Notes under the pieces: generated by a model
What the model was told of the DNA's origin: nothing
Databases searched by the model: none
What the model saw: only the letters and a program-made list of their open reading frames with translations
Shown here: piece by piece, positions 51,155-64,000 of the stretch
How positions within the stretch are numbered: position 1 is the stretch's first letter
Layout: each line of letters opens with the position of its first letter
Assembly (NCBI RefSeq): GCF_006345805.1
Contig: NC_043011.1
Location: 36,902,464 to 36,966,463 of the forward strand
DNA length: 64,000 nt
Source of the DNA: Octopus sinensis
Taxonomy: Eukaryota
Reading direction: 5' to 3'
Program-made: the position numbers and the translations under genes

Positions 51155-51741
51155 ATATATATATATACGTACATATACTTGCATATATGTACATGCACGC
51201 TCATATATCAACATATATGCACATGCACATTCTTTTAAAACGGTAACCACTTTAACAGTACCTGAATCGCCATCTCACTATATCTACACATTCAATGTAG
51301 TTTATCAGCTGCCTTCACTAACAACACACACTAATATGCTCAGTGAATACAACTAAATTCAAGCAACAATAGACAGAGAGGACGTTCATGTAGTTGAGAT
51401 TTTAAACTTACAGAGACTATATTTACATATCGCCTGAAGAAAAACACAACTAGATCTCATAATGCAAGGGAAAGAGTTACATAATCAATTACCTGCACTC
51501 CTGGAGAGCTACGCTGCGTTGAAACAACTGTAGCGATTAAGAAATAAATGTTCAACCTTATTCCTTCCTCTTGATTCCAATTTTTTTCAAATATCTATTC
51601 ACCCGAGACTGATGCCCAAATGCAAACCTGGAGGTTTGTTTAAAACTACTACTGGATGACACAGAGGAAAATCTGAAGACGGATGAGCTTTATATCATAC
51701 TCTTCTTCGTCCTGAACAGAATATAGCATAACTATATACAT

Positions 51742-51811
<70 letters not shown>

Positions 51812-52018
51812 GTATGTATAGCCCGTCGGATATAAACTATATCAAACACATGTACAAAAGTTGTTTTGCCAGTTCGTGGGCAGGCTCGGATTATAAGCGC
51901 GAGGGAACATATTCTCATCAATTCGCCTGGTGTTAAAACACAAACATTGTGTATGTGTGTTTGATTTTGTGAGTCTGTGTGTTTGAGTATATATATATTA
52001 TATATATATATATATATT

Positions 52019-52085
<67 letters not shown>

Positions 52086-52669
52086 GTATATACTTTCATA
52101 CCGGTTCACTGTTGTTCGTTTTGCTGTAAAAAAATTAAAAGATATATTTATATAATCTATACTTCCCATAAATAATTAGGAAAATTACTTCGATTATATG
52201 TACTCAAGTGTTTTGTAGCTTATTGTGTGGTTGTAAGAGAAAATCTACTATTTATTTTTCATTTACCGATATGATTGCAATTCAAATTAGTATAATGATT
52301 CTAAATAAATAGCTGTAAATATTTCTATATTATATGACTCCAATGTTGTGATGATCATTATAAATATTTACAAGTTAATTATATATGCAGACAGAGAATG
52401 TATATTCATTTCGTGTTTGTAACTCCTTACGCTACTCTTACAAAATTTAGAATTTCAACGTGTCTTTTAAACTATTTAAAAATCCAAACAGGCATCGATC
52501 CCATTCTTTGCTGTTAATTTCATTAACTAATTGAGTTAAACTAACACTTCATTCATGCAGTTAAGCGAAACATATGACAATCTGTTACGAATTATTTTTA
52601 ATTAATGCAATACATACACACCGTTGTTACATCCACAATTACATGTGTCTTCCAAAGTATAGTAATTCA

Positions 52670-52673
<4 letters not shown>

Positions 52674-52768
<95 letters not shown>

Positions 52769-52770
52769 AT
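52674..52770. repeat. (ATCT)n microsatellite
   Basis: Directly visible. Confidence 0.98.
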
Positions 52771-53471
52771 AACTATTCTTATATATATATTATTTTACTA
52801 TAAAATTGGATTCAATCCTAAATCTGATTTTTCCCTGTAAGTTTGGATTTATTCCCTAATATTTATTATATATATATGTATGTATGTATACATATATGAA
52901 TATGTCTATATATGTATATATATCTACGTGTGTGTGTATACGTATATATATATATATATACATATACACACACAGATATATATATATATATATATATAAG
53001 TATATATATATATATATAATATATATATATATATATACGTACATACCTATATAGTCATATCTACGGAGGTATTCAGGAATATATGCACGTGTGTGTAGGG
53101 TGGGTATGTGTGTGTAATTGTGTATGTGTGCATGTTTTAAAAAGTGCTTAAACTAAAAATTACTTGCAAAAACTATATTCAACGAATTCAATTAAAGAAA
53201 TCCGATGGGAGGCTTGTATTAATCTGCATTTTTAAGTGATTTTTATGTGATTACTAATTCATAATTTTAAATTTGGAAACAAAATGTTCTTGGAAATTTT
53301 GAATATATTAAGAAATATTTCTTAATTTAAAGATTGAAAGTGTGCTTCAACAAATCTGTTCGCAATGTTCAATAATTCACAAGTTAATTATCAAGAGAAG
53401 GACATTGGCCAGTAAATTCTTCGTAGATTATAATCTTTTGTGGGGGGATAACTGCATAATATTGTCAAAGT

Positions 53472-53690
53472 TCATTATTTACATTATTTACTTTTGACGG
53501 ATATTTGTCCTCATCTTGTTTGTTGTTAACACAACATTTCGGCTGATATAACCTCCAGCCTGAAGGGTAGACGGTATATCAGCCGAAAGGTTGGGTTAAT
53601 AACAAACAAGATGAGGACAAATATCCGTCAAATATAAATAATGTGAATAATGTACATAATTCCTCATCTCTTAAATAAAAAACCGTGATA
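53472..53690. mobile_element. Head-to-head inverted pair of the hammerhead tail seen at 38391-38555
   Basis: GATATACC/CAGCCGAAA..AACAAACAAGATGAGGACAAATATCCGTCAAA on both strands around 53560. Confidence 0.85.
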
Positions 53691-54158
53691 TTGTCCAATT
53701 TGTTGTGCCGTAAAATGTGCTTGTCCTGGAAAGTGTACTATTATGAATCTCGCCCGAAGGAATTTAAGAAGTCAAATTGTATAGAAAAGACACAGATCTA
53801 GATCAAGCACAGTCATTATTTTGCCTTTTATTCCTTGATCCCTATTTCATAATATTTATGTTGCCCTTCTATGACTGGCATATTCGTTTATTTATTTAGC
53901 AGTATTTCTTTGTTGAAAAAAATAAAGAATGAAAATTCTATTTTATGTGTCGTGAACAGAAATTACACGAACGTTCATTCAATTATTAATAAAACCTTTT
54001 GGTTCAGGCACCAATATGCATAAACAATGGACGAATTCTTTATTCGTTGATCAGAGTTACCAGTTCATAAATAAGTAGTGATTTCGTGAGGGAAGTGCGA
54101 AGTGCCTTAGATTGTATTCAGTTCTAGAATTCGACCATTTGGAATTCAGTTATTCAAT

Positions 54159-54335
54159 AGGCGTAGGAGTGGCTGTGTGGTAAGTAGCTTGCATACCAAC
54201 CACATGGTTCCGGGTTCAGTCACACTGCATGGCACCTTATCAAGTGTTTTCTACTATAGCCTTGGGCCAACCAAAGACTTCTGTGTGGATTTGGTAGACG
54301 GAAACTTAAAGAAGCCCGTCGTATATATGTATGCG

Positions 54336-54373
<38 letters not shown>

Positions 54374-54622
54374 ATATAATATATATATATATGTATGTGT
54401 GAGTATATGTTTTTGTATGTGTGTTTTTCCACCCAACATCGCTTGACAACCGATGCTCGTGTGTTTACGTCACCGTAACTTAGCGGCTCGGCAAAAGATG
54501 CCGAGAGAATAAGTACTAGGCTTACAAAGAATAAGTTCTGGGGTTCATTTGCTGGACTAAAGGCGGTGCTCCAGCATGGCCACAGTCAAATAATTGAAAC
54601 AAGTAAAAGAGAGTAAAAGAGT
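54159..54622 (+). mobile_element. SINE family A, full length
   Basis: Complete head, body and tail. Confidence 0.93.
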
Positions 54623-55054
54623 TTGAAGTAATATCGAAAGAAGCGCAATCATTTGGCGAATTGAAAGCAGGTCGAAACAGAGATGGAAAAAAAAAATGAA
54701 AGATTTTTCGTCTGACATTCCATACCTCCATATGTAGATAATATGTTTTCAAATACAGAATGCGAAAGAAAAAACGCCCCATATCTCAAACGTGGCGCTC
54801 GTTCGTAAAATTAAGAAGCAACTAACGGTGACTTCGTAAGAGTGGTCACTGTGTCATTATTGCTGAAACGCTTCTCAAAAGTGATGTATTTGAGCGGGTT
54901 TTTGTCCTACCCTGTACAAGTGGTATATTCGATGTTAATTGAGTCATCTGTCTGTAATCATAGACAGGCATCAAGAAGCAGAGTATTACACAGAGGATGG
55001 AGAGCTCAATCGATTACAAGTGGATGCTGAAATGTGTCTCGTTTTGGGTAAAAG

Positions 55055-55386
<332 letters not shown>

Positions 55387-55396
55387 TAGATATATA

Positions 55397-55590
55397 CAAA
55401 GGGGAGGACTGAAAAGTTCTTGGAAGATCAGTCAATTATAATTTTATTCAACATATTCCCCTCTCAGATTTACACACTAATTTCAGCGGTCATTCAGTTT
55501 TCTGAGGACAGTAAAAGATCTCGGGAGGTTGGGCTGTCAATCCGGACTTTCGCGAGAGCCTTTGAGCCAGGGATTTTTCAGCACCCTCTC
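55397..55590 (-). mobile_element. Mariner-derived MITE
   Basis: GGGGAGGACTGAAAAGTTC...TTTTTCAGCACCCTCTC; interior is the reverse complement of 40590-40640. Confidence 0.8.
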
Positions 55591-55592
55591 TA

Positions 55593-55627
<35 letters not shown>

Positions 55628-55631
<4 letters not shown>

Positions 55632-55853
55632 CGGCGGCGAGCTGGTAGAAACGTTAGCACGCCGGGCGAGATTCGTAGCCGTATTTCGTCTGTCGTTACG
55701 TTCCGAGTTCTAATTCCGCCGAGGTCGACTTTGCCTTTCATCCTTTCGGGGTCGATAAATTAAGTACCAGTTACGCACTGGGGTCGATGTAGTCGACTTA
55801 ACCTTTGTCTGTCCTTGTTGTCCCCTCTGTGTTAGCCCTTGTGGGTAGTAAAG

Positions 55854-55858
<5 letters not shown>
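55628..55858 (+). mobile_element. SINE family B reference copy (central segment resembles the Deu/Nin-type domain, from memory)
   Basis: GGCGGCGAGCTGGTAGAAACG head; GCCGAGGTCGACTTTGCCTTTCATCCTTTCGGGGTCGATAAATTAAGTACCAG core. Confidence 0.92.
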
Positions 55859-55889
<31 letters not shown>

Positions 55890-56104
55890 CAAAATGGCAG
55901 ATCGTTAGTAAGGAGCGGCACAAAAAAAGGAAAGAAGAAAGCAAAGGACCACTGATGAGTTCATAGAAGTGTGACGAAAGAACTCTGGTCGAAATACAAT
56001 AATAATAAAATAAAGCTGAAGCAAGTAAACAAGTACGTGCGTTTTCATTGGCTAAGCTGACAACATGACCATCCCCAAATACAATCAATATATGTATGTA
56101 TATG

Positions 56105-56138
<34 letters not shown>

Positions 56139-56148
56139 TTATATATAA

Positions 56149-56211
<63 letters not shown>

Positions 56212-56252
56212 TAATATATATATATGTACGTATGTATGTATGTATGTATACA

Positions 56253-56470
56253 CGATGGATAGGGCTGAAATGTTCCCGAAATGGATTGAAAGAAAATACA
56301 GGAGAATCAGTTAATTCTGGTTTTTTTTAACGTATTCCCTTCCCAGATTCACACACTTATTGCAGCGGTCAATCAGTTTTTCTAAGCCCTGTAAAAAATC
56401 TCGGAAAGTTGGGCCTCCAAGCACCCCTTTCGTGATAGCCTTAAACCAAGAGCCTATCAACAGCCCCTCG
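56253..56470 (-). mobile_element. Mariner-derived MITE
   Basis: Ends CAGCCCCTCG|TA; interior collinear with the other copies. Confidence 0.78.
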
Positions 56471-56954
56471 TATGGGAACCTGGAGCATTCGACATTTAAA
56501 ATTATTCAATAGATCGTGGTGCATTGATTCGCAAAGTAGACGTCTGTGAGATCTGATGTCAGATGATGATAGGGCGCAAAGTCTCATTGAAAACCACATC
56601 TTTCCTCACACTTCTTATGCATCTCTGCTGCAATCGTGTATAAGTAAAAGTCCTATACGCCAGTAACATACCCATAAAAAATACGACAAATTTAGCTTTT
56701 AACATTCTTCATAGAAAAATGAAAAAAATCTAAATGAAGTCAGTAACAATTTCACTACCTAAATTAGTATCATTTCGCATATCACTAACTCCCCCACTGC
56801 TATTTATTAATTAAAAAAAAACTTTATTTTTAACACCTGTAATAGGTTAATTAGAGATTATAAGCTCCTACTATTTTCTTAATTATATTACCTGTTGGCG
56901 TTTGAAATTAAATTTGTTTTTGTTCATGATTGCCTTTCATCTTTTTTGTTTTTT

Positions 56955-57192
56955 AATTTTTTGTTTCAGTCATTAGACAGCAATCATGCTGGGGCACCGC
57001 CTTGAAGAATTCTTAGTTGAACGGAACAATCCCAGTATTTAATGTTTTGTTCTTTAAGTCTGATATTTATCCTATCGATTCTTTTATCGAACCCGTAACT
57101 CACGGTGACAAAATAACACTGGTTGTCAAGCGATGGTGTCAAACATAGGTGCACACAAATACACCCACACAAACACAAACACACACACACAG

Positions 57193-57195
<3 letters not shown>
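56955..57195 (-). mobile_element. SINE family A tail variant
   Basis: CATGCTGGGGCACCGCCTTGAAG..GGTTGTCAAGCGATGGTG. Confidence 0.75.
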
Positions 57196-57225
<30 letters not shown>

Positions 57226-57422
57226 ATGTTAAATCTCAGAGCGAGTTATAAACAGTAGCAGTAACACATGAAGACGGGAAGGATGGCTTCCCTTCGCAAA
57301 TACTGATAGGGCACAGAAAGTGTGTGTATAGCCAGCTGGAGGAGGTGTCCTCCTGGGGCTACAAACTACAGTAGCATCCACCCTTAGGGGTTAGCCATAT
57401 TCAAATGGCAAATATACGTCAC

Positions 57423-57454
<32 letters not shown>

Positions 57455-57464
57455 ATATATATAT

Positions 57465-57811
57465 AATTGCAGCGTGGAAGGTGTTTATAAGCCATTTAAG
57501 AAACACACAAAAGCCGTTCGATTCACTCCAACATTTAAGTTTAATTTGTCAAAATACTTTCGTCGCTAAAATTCGCGACCTGTTCACTAACAAAGTCCGT
57601 GCTGCATCTCAGCAGCACGGACTTTGTCAGTGAACATGTCGCGGATTTTAGCGACGAAAATATTTTGACAAATTAAACTTAAATGTTGGAGTGAATCGAA
57701 CGGCTTTTGTGTGTTTCTTAAATGGCTTATAAACACCTTCCACGCTGCAATTGTTTTCGTTTCAGCACACGATCTCAGATCAAATTACTTGCTATGCGAG
57801 TACATCTCCGT
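57465..57811 (+). mobile_element. 288-bp near-perfect palindrome plus tail; G3-C8 hammerhead family
   Basis: 57465-57605 vs 57612-57752, loop ATCTCA; the tail matches 25262-25324. Confidence 0.9.
57623..57672 (+). ncRNA. Minimal type I hammerhead with G3-C8 core (predicted)
   Basis: UUUGUCA / GUGAACA-U / GUCGC-GGAUUUUA-GCGAC / GAAA / AUAUUU / UGACAAA; a mirror copy lies on the minus strand at ~57545-57594. Confidence 0.7.
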
Positions 57812-58360
57812 AAATATATATATATAGATGTATATCTGGCAGGTTTCTTTCAGTTCCCAGCAAAAAATCCAATCACAATGTTTTGATTGGCTAAAGGCAA
57901 CAGTAAAAATATACAGCAGTGCAACGAGCCACGGAGTGGGACTGAACCTCGAACCAAACTGCTTACAACATAGCCACGTCAGCACCTGTATTAATACTAT
58001 ATTAAATTTCTAATAAAAACTTTATTATTTTCATTAAAAAAATTGTCATATAATTATTGATATCGTACATTTTTTGGTGTGTTATTATCAGGGGACACGA
58101 ATTTCTGCTTTATGTTAGAAGATTTTTTAATTACTACAACGAGTTTTCATTTGTATTGTTTTATTGTGATTAACAACATTTGTGTGTAGGGTTTCGTTCC
58201 TTTGTGCTTAAAATACACCCGAAATTGAAATATTTATTATATTTTGAGCCATAATTTTAATTTTGCCACTGTTTAAACATAAAACGCTCGGTACGTATGC
58301 ATAAATATATGTGCCTGTATATATAGACGCATAAAAATATACATACACATCTAAATATAC

Positions 58361-58403
<43 letters not shown>

Positions 58404-58891
58404 ATATATGTATGTATTTATGTATGTATGCATGTATGTACGTATGTATGTATACGTTAGTTTAGGCAGAATAAGTGAGAATGGAAAAGTCTGTACATGT
58501 TTTAGAGAATATGGGATATCCATATTGAAACTGAGAATTTACCACGTAACTAAATTTTCCCGCTCTTCGAGACTCTCGCATAAAGATTGCATTACGTAAA
58601 ATTCGAGTCGCGAAACAAACTCAGTCTCAGTTTAAATTTTTTAAAATTATACATGTGTGTATGTGGTGGCGGTCGGATGGAAATGGAAGTGTGTGTGTGT
58701 GCGAGTGTGTGTGCGCGCGCGCGCGCGTGTGTGTGTAAGTGTGTGTGCGTGTGTGTGTGTGCGTGCATGCGTGTGTGCGTGTGTGTGTATCTAAATATAC
58801 ATACATAGTTGTCTGTGTGCGTACGTGTCTATATTAAGATATGCATTCGTGTACAAAATCTCATACCTTTCGTTGAATTTAGATGATAGTA

Positions 58892-59310
58892 TATGAGATC
58901 TGCTCAATAAGTATTCGTACTGTTGTCATAGTAACGACACTGAAGCATGCAGAGTAAAGCTGTTTGTCACAGATTAACCTTAAACTCTTTTGAAGTTTTA
59001 ACGTTCTAGCTCACTTCCGCTGCTTACAGAAAGATCTGTAGCATGTGATCCTCGCAGCTGTCATAACGATACCTGCTCAGAGGCCAACGCAAAGCTGCAG
59101 AATGTGTATGGAGAAGACTGCATGAGTAACACACAAGAGTACGAATGGTTCAGATGTTTCCACGATGGCAGAAAAATGTCGATAGTGAGGGACGTTCTGG
59201 GAGACCTGCAACCAGCAGAACTGAGGAAAGCATCTCAGATGTGCGTTCAGCGGCGAGGGGAAAATGTCGAATGAGTATCCTTGAGTTAATAGGCGATGTG
59301 CAAATTGTCG
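58892..59310 (+). pseudogene. Mariner 5' end with N-terminal HTH transposase fossil
   Basis: LQNVYGEDCMSNTQEYEWFRCFHDGRK/NVDSEGRSGRPATSRTEESISDVR..RMSILEL; TIR-like TATGAGATCTGCTCAATAAGTATTCG. Confidence 0.85.
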
Positions 59311-59929
59311 CTGATCTCTGGAAGAAAGCATATTGTATTTTTCGTTTGGAATGAGGCCTCATTGCTAGTTGGTGTATAGTACACACTGATGACGGGTTAC
59401 TACCCAGGACCTCGGGTCTGTGTGTATCACGTAAGGCTAGATATGGGAGCGATGATTTCCTTTCATATATAGTAATCAAACACAGATAATGTGTCGTTAG
59501 CCAAAAGGAGAACATGTCTTCCTGGGGCTATAAACAACAATAGCATCGTACCCTATGTGACAATATATGCTTTCGATAAAATTTGGGATTTTGCGGAGGG
59601 TCAAAATAGGTAACACAAACGGGATAGTGAAAACAAACAGGAAACGCTGCTAAGCCTAAACGAAGTTGTGGTGGCGAAACACGTAACTCAAGCTAGTACA
59701 GGAGAGAAACAAGAACACGTTTTCCTTTTCCAGCTACAACGGTGAGAAAGAAAGAAACATGGCAGATGGTCATGTGGGAGCCACGTGAGCAAGAGAGGAG
59801 GAGTGGGAGAGAGAGAGAGAGAGAGTGACAGCAAAATAGGAGAGAATAGTGAGAGAAGAAGCGGTAAAAGAATAAGAGAGAGAAATATGAAAGAGTAAAA
59901 TGGTCTTATAGAGTATAATAATAATAATA

Positions 59930-59985
<56 letters not shown>

Positions 59986-59988
59986 TAT

Positions 59989-60360
59989 GGAGGTGCAATG
60001 CCATAGTGGTTAGGGCAGCGGAGTCGCGGTCATGGGATCGCGGTGTCGATTCCCAAAACCGGGCGTTGTAAATGTTTATTGAGCGAAAACATTTAAAGTT
60101 TCACACGGCTCCGGCAGGGGTCGGTGGAGACCCTTACTGTAATCTTTCACCACAAATTTCTCTCACTCTTTCTTTCTGCTTCTGTTGTATTTGTATTTCA
60201 AAAGGGACATCCTCGTAACACTCTGTGCCACGCTGATTCTCACCCGAGAACTGCATAAAGGGTACGCGTGTCTGTGGAGTGCTCAGTCACTTACATGTTC
60301 ATTTCACGAGCAGTTTGTTCCGTTGATCGGATCAACTGGAACCCTCATCATCGTAACCGG
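59989..60360 (+). mobile_element. tRNA-derived SINE (GGAGGTGCAATGCCATAGTGG head)
   Basis: A-box, B-box-like GTGTCGATTCCC, and tail GGAGTGCTCAGTCACTTAC..GATCGGATCAACTGGAACCC; follows (AAT)n. Confidence 0.85.
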
Positions 60361-61000
60361 GGTTCAGAACACCCCCATGTGACTAGGAAGCTTCAACGGG
60401 ATAGTCCAAAAGCGGATGTGTGGTGTGAAATCATGTGCAATCGAATAATTGGCTCGTTTTTCTTCAACGAGGCAACAATTACTGCAGATGTTTACCTCGA
60501 CCTTCTGACCGAATATGTGGCACCACAACTGATTGATTTACAAACAGCCATCATTCTCCAGCAAGATGGTGTACCACCACATTGGGGCCAGCATGTTCGT
60601 CAGTTCCTCAATCAAACATTTCCAGACCGATGAAGAGATGAGCTAATTCCATGGCCATCGCGTTCGCCAGATATCTCTCCCTTGGACTTCTTTTTATGGG
60701 GTTATGTAAAAGATATCGTGTATCAAACAAAAATATGGGGCGTTGCTGACTTGCAGCAAAGGATTTGTAATGCCATTACCACCATTGATGAGGCTATCCT
60801 ACAGTGAACATAGCAAGAAGTCGAGTATCGTCTTGATGTGCTTCGCACAACTAATGGTGCCCATATTGAGGTCTATTAAATAACAGCTAAAAAAACTTTA
60901 ATAAACAATTATTACAATAAAACAAATCTGGTTATGATATCTTGTCAACTGCCATTATAATGAAATTTTAAAATTGTAAAGAGACTTTATGGACAGACTG
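60360..61000 (+). pseudogene. Tc1/mariner-superfamily transposase C-terminal half, probably DD41D (rosa-like), with 3' TIR
   Basis: DSPKADVWC..IIGSFFF..YLDLL..QQDGVPPH..FPDR*RD..WPSRSPDISPLDFFLWGYVKD..NGAHIE; ends GGACAGACTG|TA. Confidence 0.9.
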
Positions 61001-61019
61001 TATACAATGAAATGGAGAG

Positions 61020-61235
61020 AATTCACAAAAAAAAAACAAAAAAGAAACAAAAGACGAAGTCAGGTGGTGTAGAGAACAAACAGATGTATTAGTGTAACGC
61101 TCGGGAAGTGAAAACGTCTTTAACGTTTCGAGCCTACGTTATTCCACAGAAAGGAACACAAAAAGAAACAAGGAGAGAAAATAAAGAATGTGTAGTGTGT
61201 AGCGATCTATCATGGCGAAGAATAATATATAATGA
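61020..61235 (-). mobile_element. Penelope-LTR-like repeat, second copy of 4985-5167, with degenerate hammerhead
   Basis: Minus strand CTGTGGA-A-TAAC-GTAG-GCTC-GAAA-CGTT-AAAGAC at 61116-61154. Confidence 0.7.
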
Positions 61236-62097
61236 AATGTTGATTAGGCAGAAATCTTCAGCACTGAAGAAAGTTTCTTTTCTGTATACCTTCGTATATG
61301 GTTATATGTGCGTGAATGTACGTTTTCGTATATATGTCCGTATGGCTGCAGGGTATGATTTGTTGGTGTAATGGAATGTAAGAGAGTGAGAAAGAGGGGG
61401 GGGGGATAATAAAGAAGAAAGAGGGGGACATAATCAGTAAAAAAAGTGGTGATGAGAGAGAAATTACAGTTTTATGTAACCATATTCCGTATCAGAATTC
61501 TGCGGCACAATTCCAAATTAAAATCATAAAATACAATTAACATGTTAAAAGGAATTACCCAAGAATAAAACGAAAGAAAAAATGTGGCAGAAATAAAATC
61601 CATTTAATTACTTTTCTGTGAAAAAAAATGACAAAATAATGCATAGTGACGTGACAATGAAAGTCACGCAATTAAATGTTACGCTCGTGGGAGAAGCGGC
61701 ATGTCAATTACCGTAATGCTGAAGAAAACTTTAATGTATGTGTGTTTCTCTGTGTGTTTGTGTGTGTGTGTGTCTGTATATCTGAGTATGTATGTGTGGG
61801 TATATATGCGTATGTATATATTATATTATATATAATATATTATATATATATATATATATTACATATATACATATTTACTGTTTATACACACACGAATACA
61901 TATGTATATATATACAAACATGTATATACATATGTATTTATTTGCATATATATCTATATCTATGTATATATCTATATATATATGCGTATATGTGTGTGAA
62001 TATATACATATATATATGTTTATATGTATACCCACATGCACATATATATATATATATATATATATATGAATATATATACACATATCTATATGTATGT

Positions 62098-62161
<64 letters not shown>

Positions 62162-62887
62162 ATGGAGTTTCTGATGTTAGTGAGAAGAGACGCAAAATCA
62201 CACACGCAAACACAGCCACAGATATATGACACACATTTGAATTGGATGATATAAGATGTATTACTTTCATTCGTTGCACAATTCCCTACATTTGTGTAGA
62301 GAAAATGTGGAGATGACACTGTTAATTTAGAATTAGCTTTTCTTTATTTATACATCTTTTCTAAAAGGCAATCAGGAATAAATATATAATGAGTTACTGT
62401 TAACAGTGAACTGTATTTCAAGACTATGTCATGGATTGAAGCTAGCTGTGATGTTATTATAAATATGATGATTGCATTAATATGAAGAGCAACTCCATAT
62501 GGTCATTCAGGATGATGTGATGGAAACGGCTTCTAAATTTTCCTCAACTCGCAGTCAAATATCATAGGACTATCTGGCATATGGTACAAATAATTGTTGG
62601 AACACCATGTAGTTGTTGGAATACCTTTAGTCATACGTTCATTTGACCAAGGTTTCAACAACAAAACCACGATTGTAGAATCAATAGCAATAACGAACAA
62701 CAGCAGCGATTATAGACAATTCGGTATATAATCACTTCTAATTTCGGTACGAGAATACAGATTTCTGAAGAAGAAAAAATAGTAAACTTTACGGAATAAT
62801 GCACAGACTGGGTTTCAAAAAATGCGGCACATTTTACAGGGCCTTTGGCCATGTGTTAGCGAAGTTATTCAAGTGGTAAAAGTCTTT

Positions 62888-63010
62888 CCATATAGCCAAA
62901 GTTTTATGATTTTCATAGTTATCATATGTTTATACGGCGCATGTTCCCATGCTCCCATGTAGCCAATGTCTTATGATTTTCTTAGTCATCATAATAGTTT
63001 AGACGGCGCA
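62888..63010. repeat. Short diverged direct repeat (~55 bp, two copies)
   Basis: CCAT.TAGCCAA.GT.TTATGATTTTC.TAGT.ATCAT..GTTTA.ACGGCGCA at 62888 and 62955. Confidence 0.75.
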
Positions 63011-64000
63011 CACAGTACGTTAGTTGATAAAGCTTTTATCCGGATTGGTGTATCTGAGAAAACTTTTGATGCACAATTTATTTATGAATATGGTTACATT
63101 TGACAGACATTTCACTATAGTAAAAATTTACAACAGTAAAATTCCAGCTGGAAAAGTTATAATTGTTTCGTCCTTAATCAATCCCCTTCGAACAGAAAAT
63201 GGTCAAAGGCCACCAGCCGTTATAATCCATTATGTTTCCTATGTAGAAGGATATTAGGACTACTTTGGTTAATGTTTTCTTTTGTAAGAAGGTAGGGTGT
63301 AATTTATAGAATATTTAGTTGATATTTCTCAAACTGAAGTGATTACTTAGAGTATCCGCCATTCGAGATACGATATCGGAAGTTTAAACTCGTAAGATTA
63401 ATTAAAAGAAACTGGAAATCGTTTATACATTCCCAAGAGTTGAAGGCAATTTTAGTAGCGCGAAATGGCTACAATATCACACGGAATGGCAATAGTTGCA
63501 ACCGGGTGTTGGTAATTGTATTAGAGATTTCGTTTCTTTTAATCTTGAAGAATAATCTCCACCTTTCGCAAGCCTTCGAACAACATGTTAGTCAACTGCA
63601 GTTTTAAACATTTACAAATGGACTGGTGTAGAGGGGCAACGGTCGGAATAGAAATTCAGTCACTGTCAACCCAGTTTTTAATCATTTCGGGTAGATAAAT
63701 CTATTCTAGTAGCGATGTAATCAATTGTACTCTCTCCTCGAGAGAAAGCAAATGCAATATTGTATCTTTGTTAGAAATCATTATTACATATTTAAACATC
63801 ACTGGATTTGAAGCCTTGCTCTGCTCCCCCCTTCCCCCGCTGATTTATTATAAGCGGTGTAAGCAGCATTACTGTCACTCCTTGAGTATAGAGATAGTTG
63901 CTATAAGTAGGTCTATCCTTGTTTATTCATAGGTTTTTTGCTTTCCACGTCCAAATACACCATGTTAAGTGAATCAGTGATAAATAGATAATAGAACATA

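Noticed and set aside
51495-51535. CTGGAGA...GAAACAACTGTA hammerhead-like string
   Set aside because: Helices I and II do not pair; the core has A6G.

Overview
AT-rich eukaryotic DNA, dominated by repeats and packed with microsatellites ((TA)n, (CA)n, (ATCT)n, (AAT)n, (ACT)n, (GAT)n), with one 100-N assembly gap. The repeat families look like those of Octopus (recognition from memory, not a search). I found no intact host gene; almost all listed ORFs are microsatellite artefacts. Supported content: (1) three pieces of R4/Dong-type RLE non-LTR retrotransposons, all next to (AAT)n, including a young 2.2-kb RT+CCHC+PD-D-K copy; (2) a CR1/L2-type LINE 3' end; (3) Tc1, mariner and probable DD41D transposase fossils plus several MITEs; (4) more than 25 tRNA-derived SINE copies from several families. 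The most unusual signal is a set of unrelated short non-autonomous elements carrying minimal type I hammerhead ribozyme (HHR) folds of the Penelope-LTR/retrozyme kind. These include a family with a compensatory G3-C8 core arranged as head-to-head palindromes (25050-25324, 57465-57811), a complete HHR enclosed by 33-bp TIRs (13435-13592), and a tRNA-head + microsatellite + HHR composite (38135-38555). All folds and alignments were done by eye, and ribozyme activity is untested.
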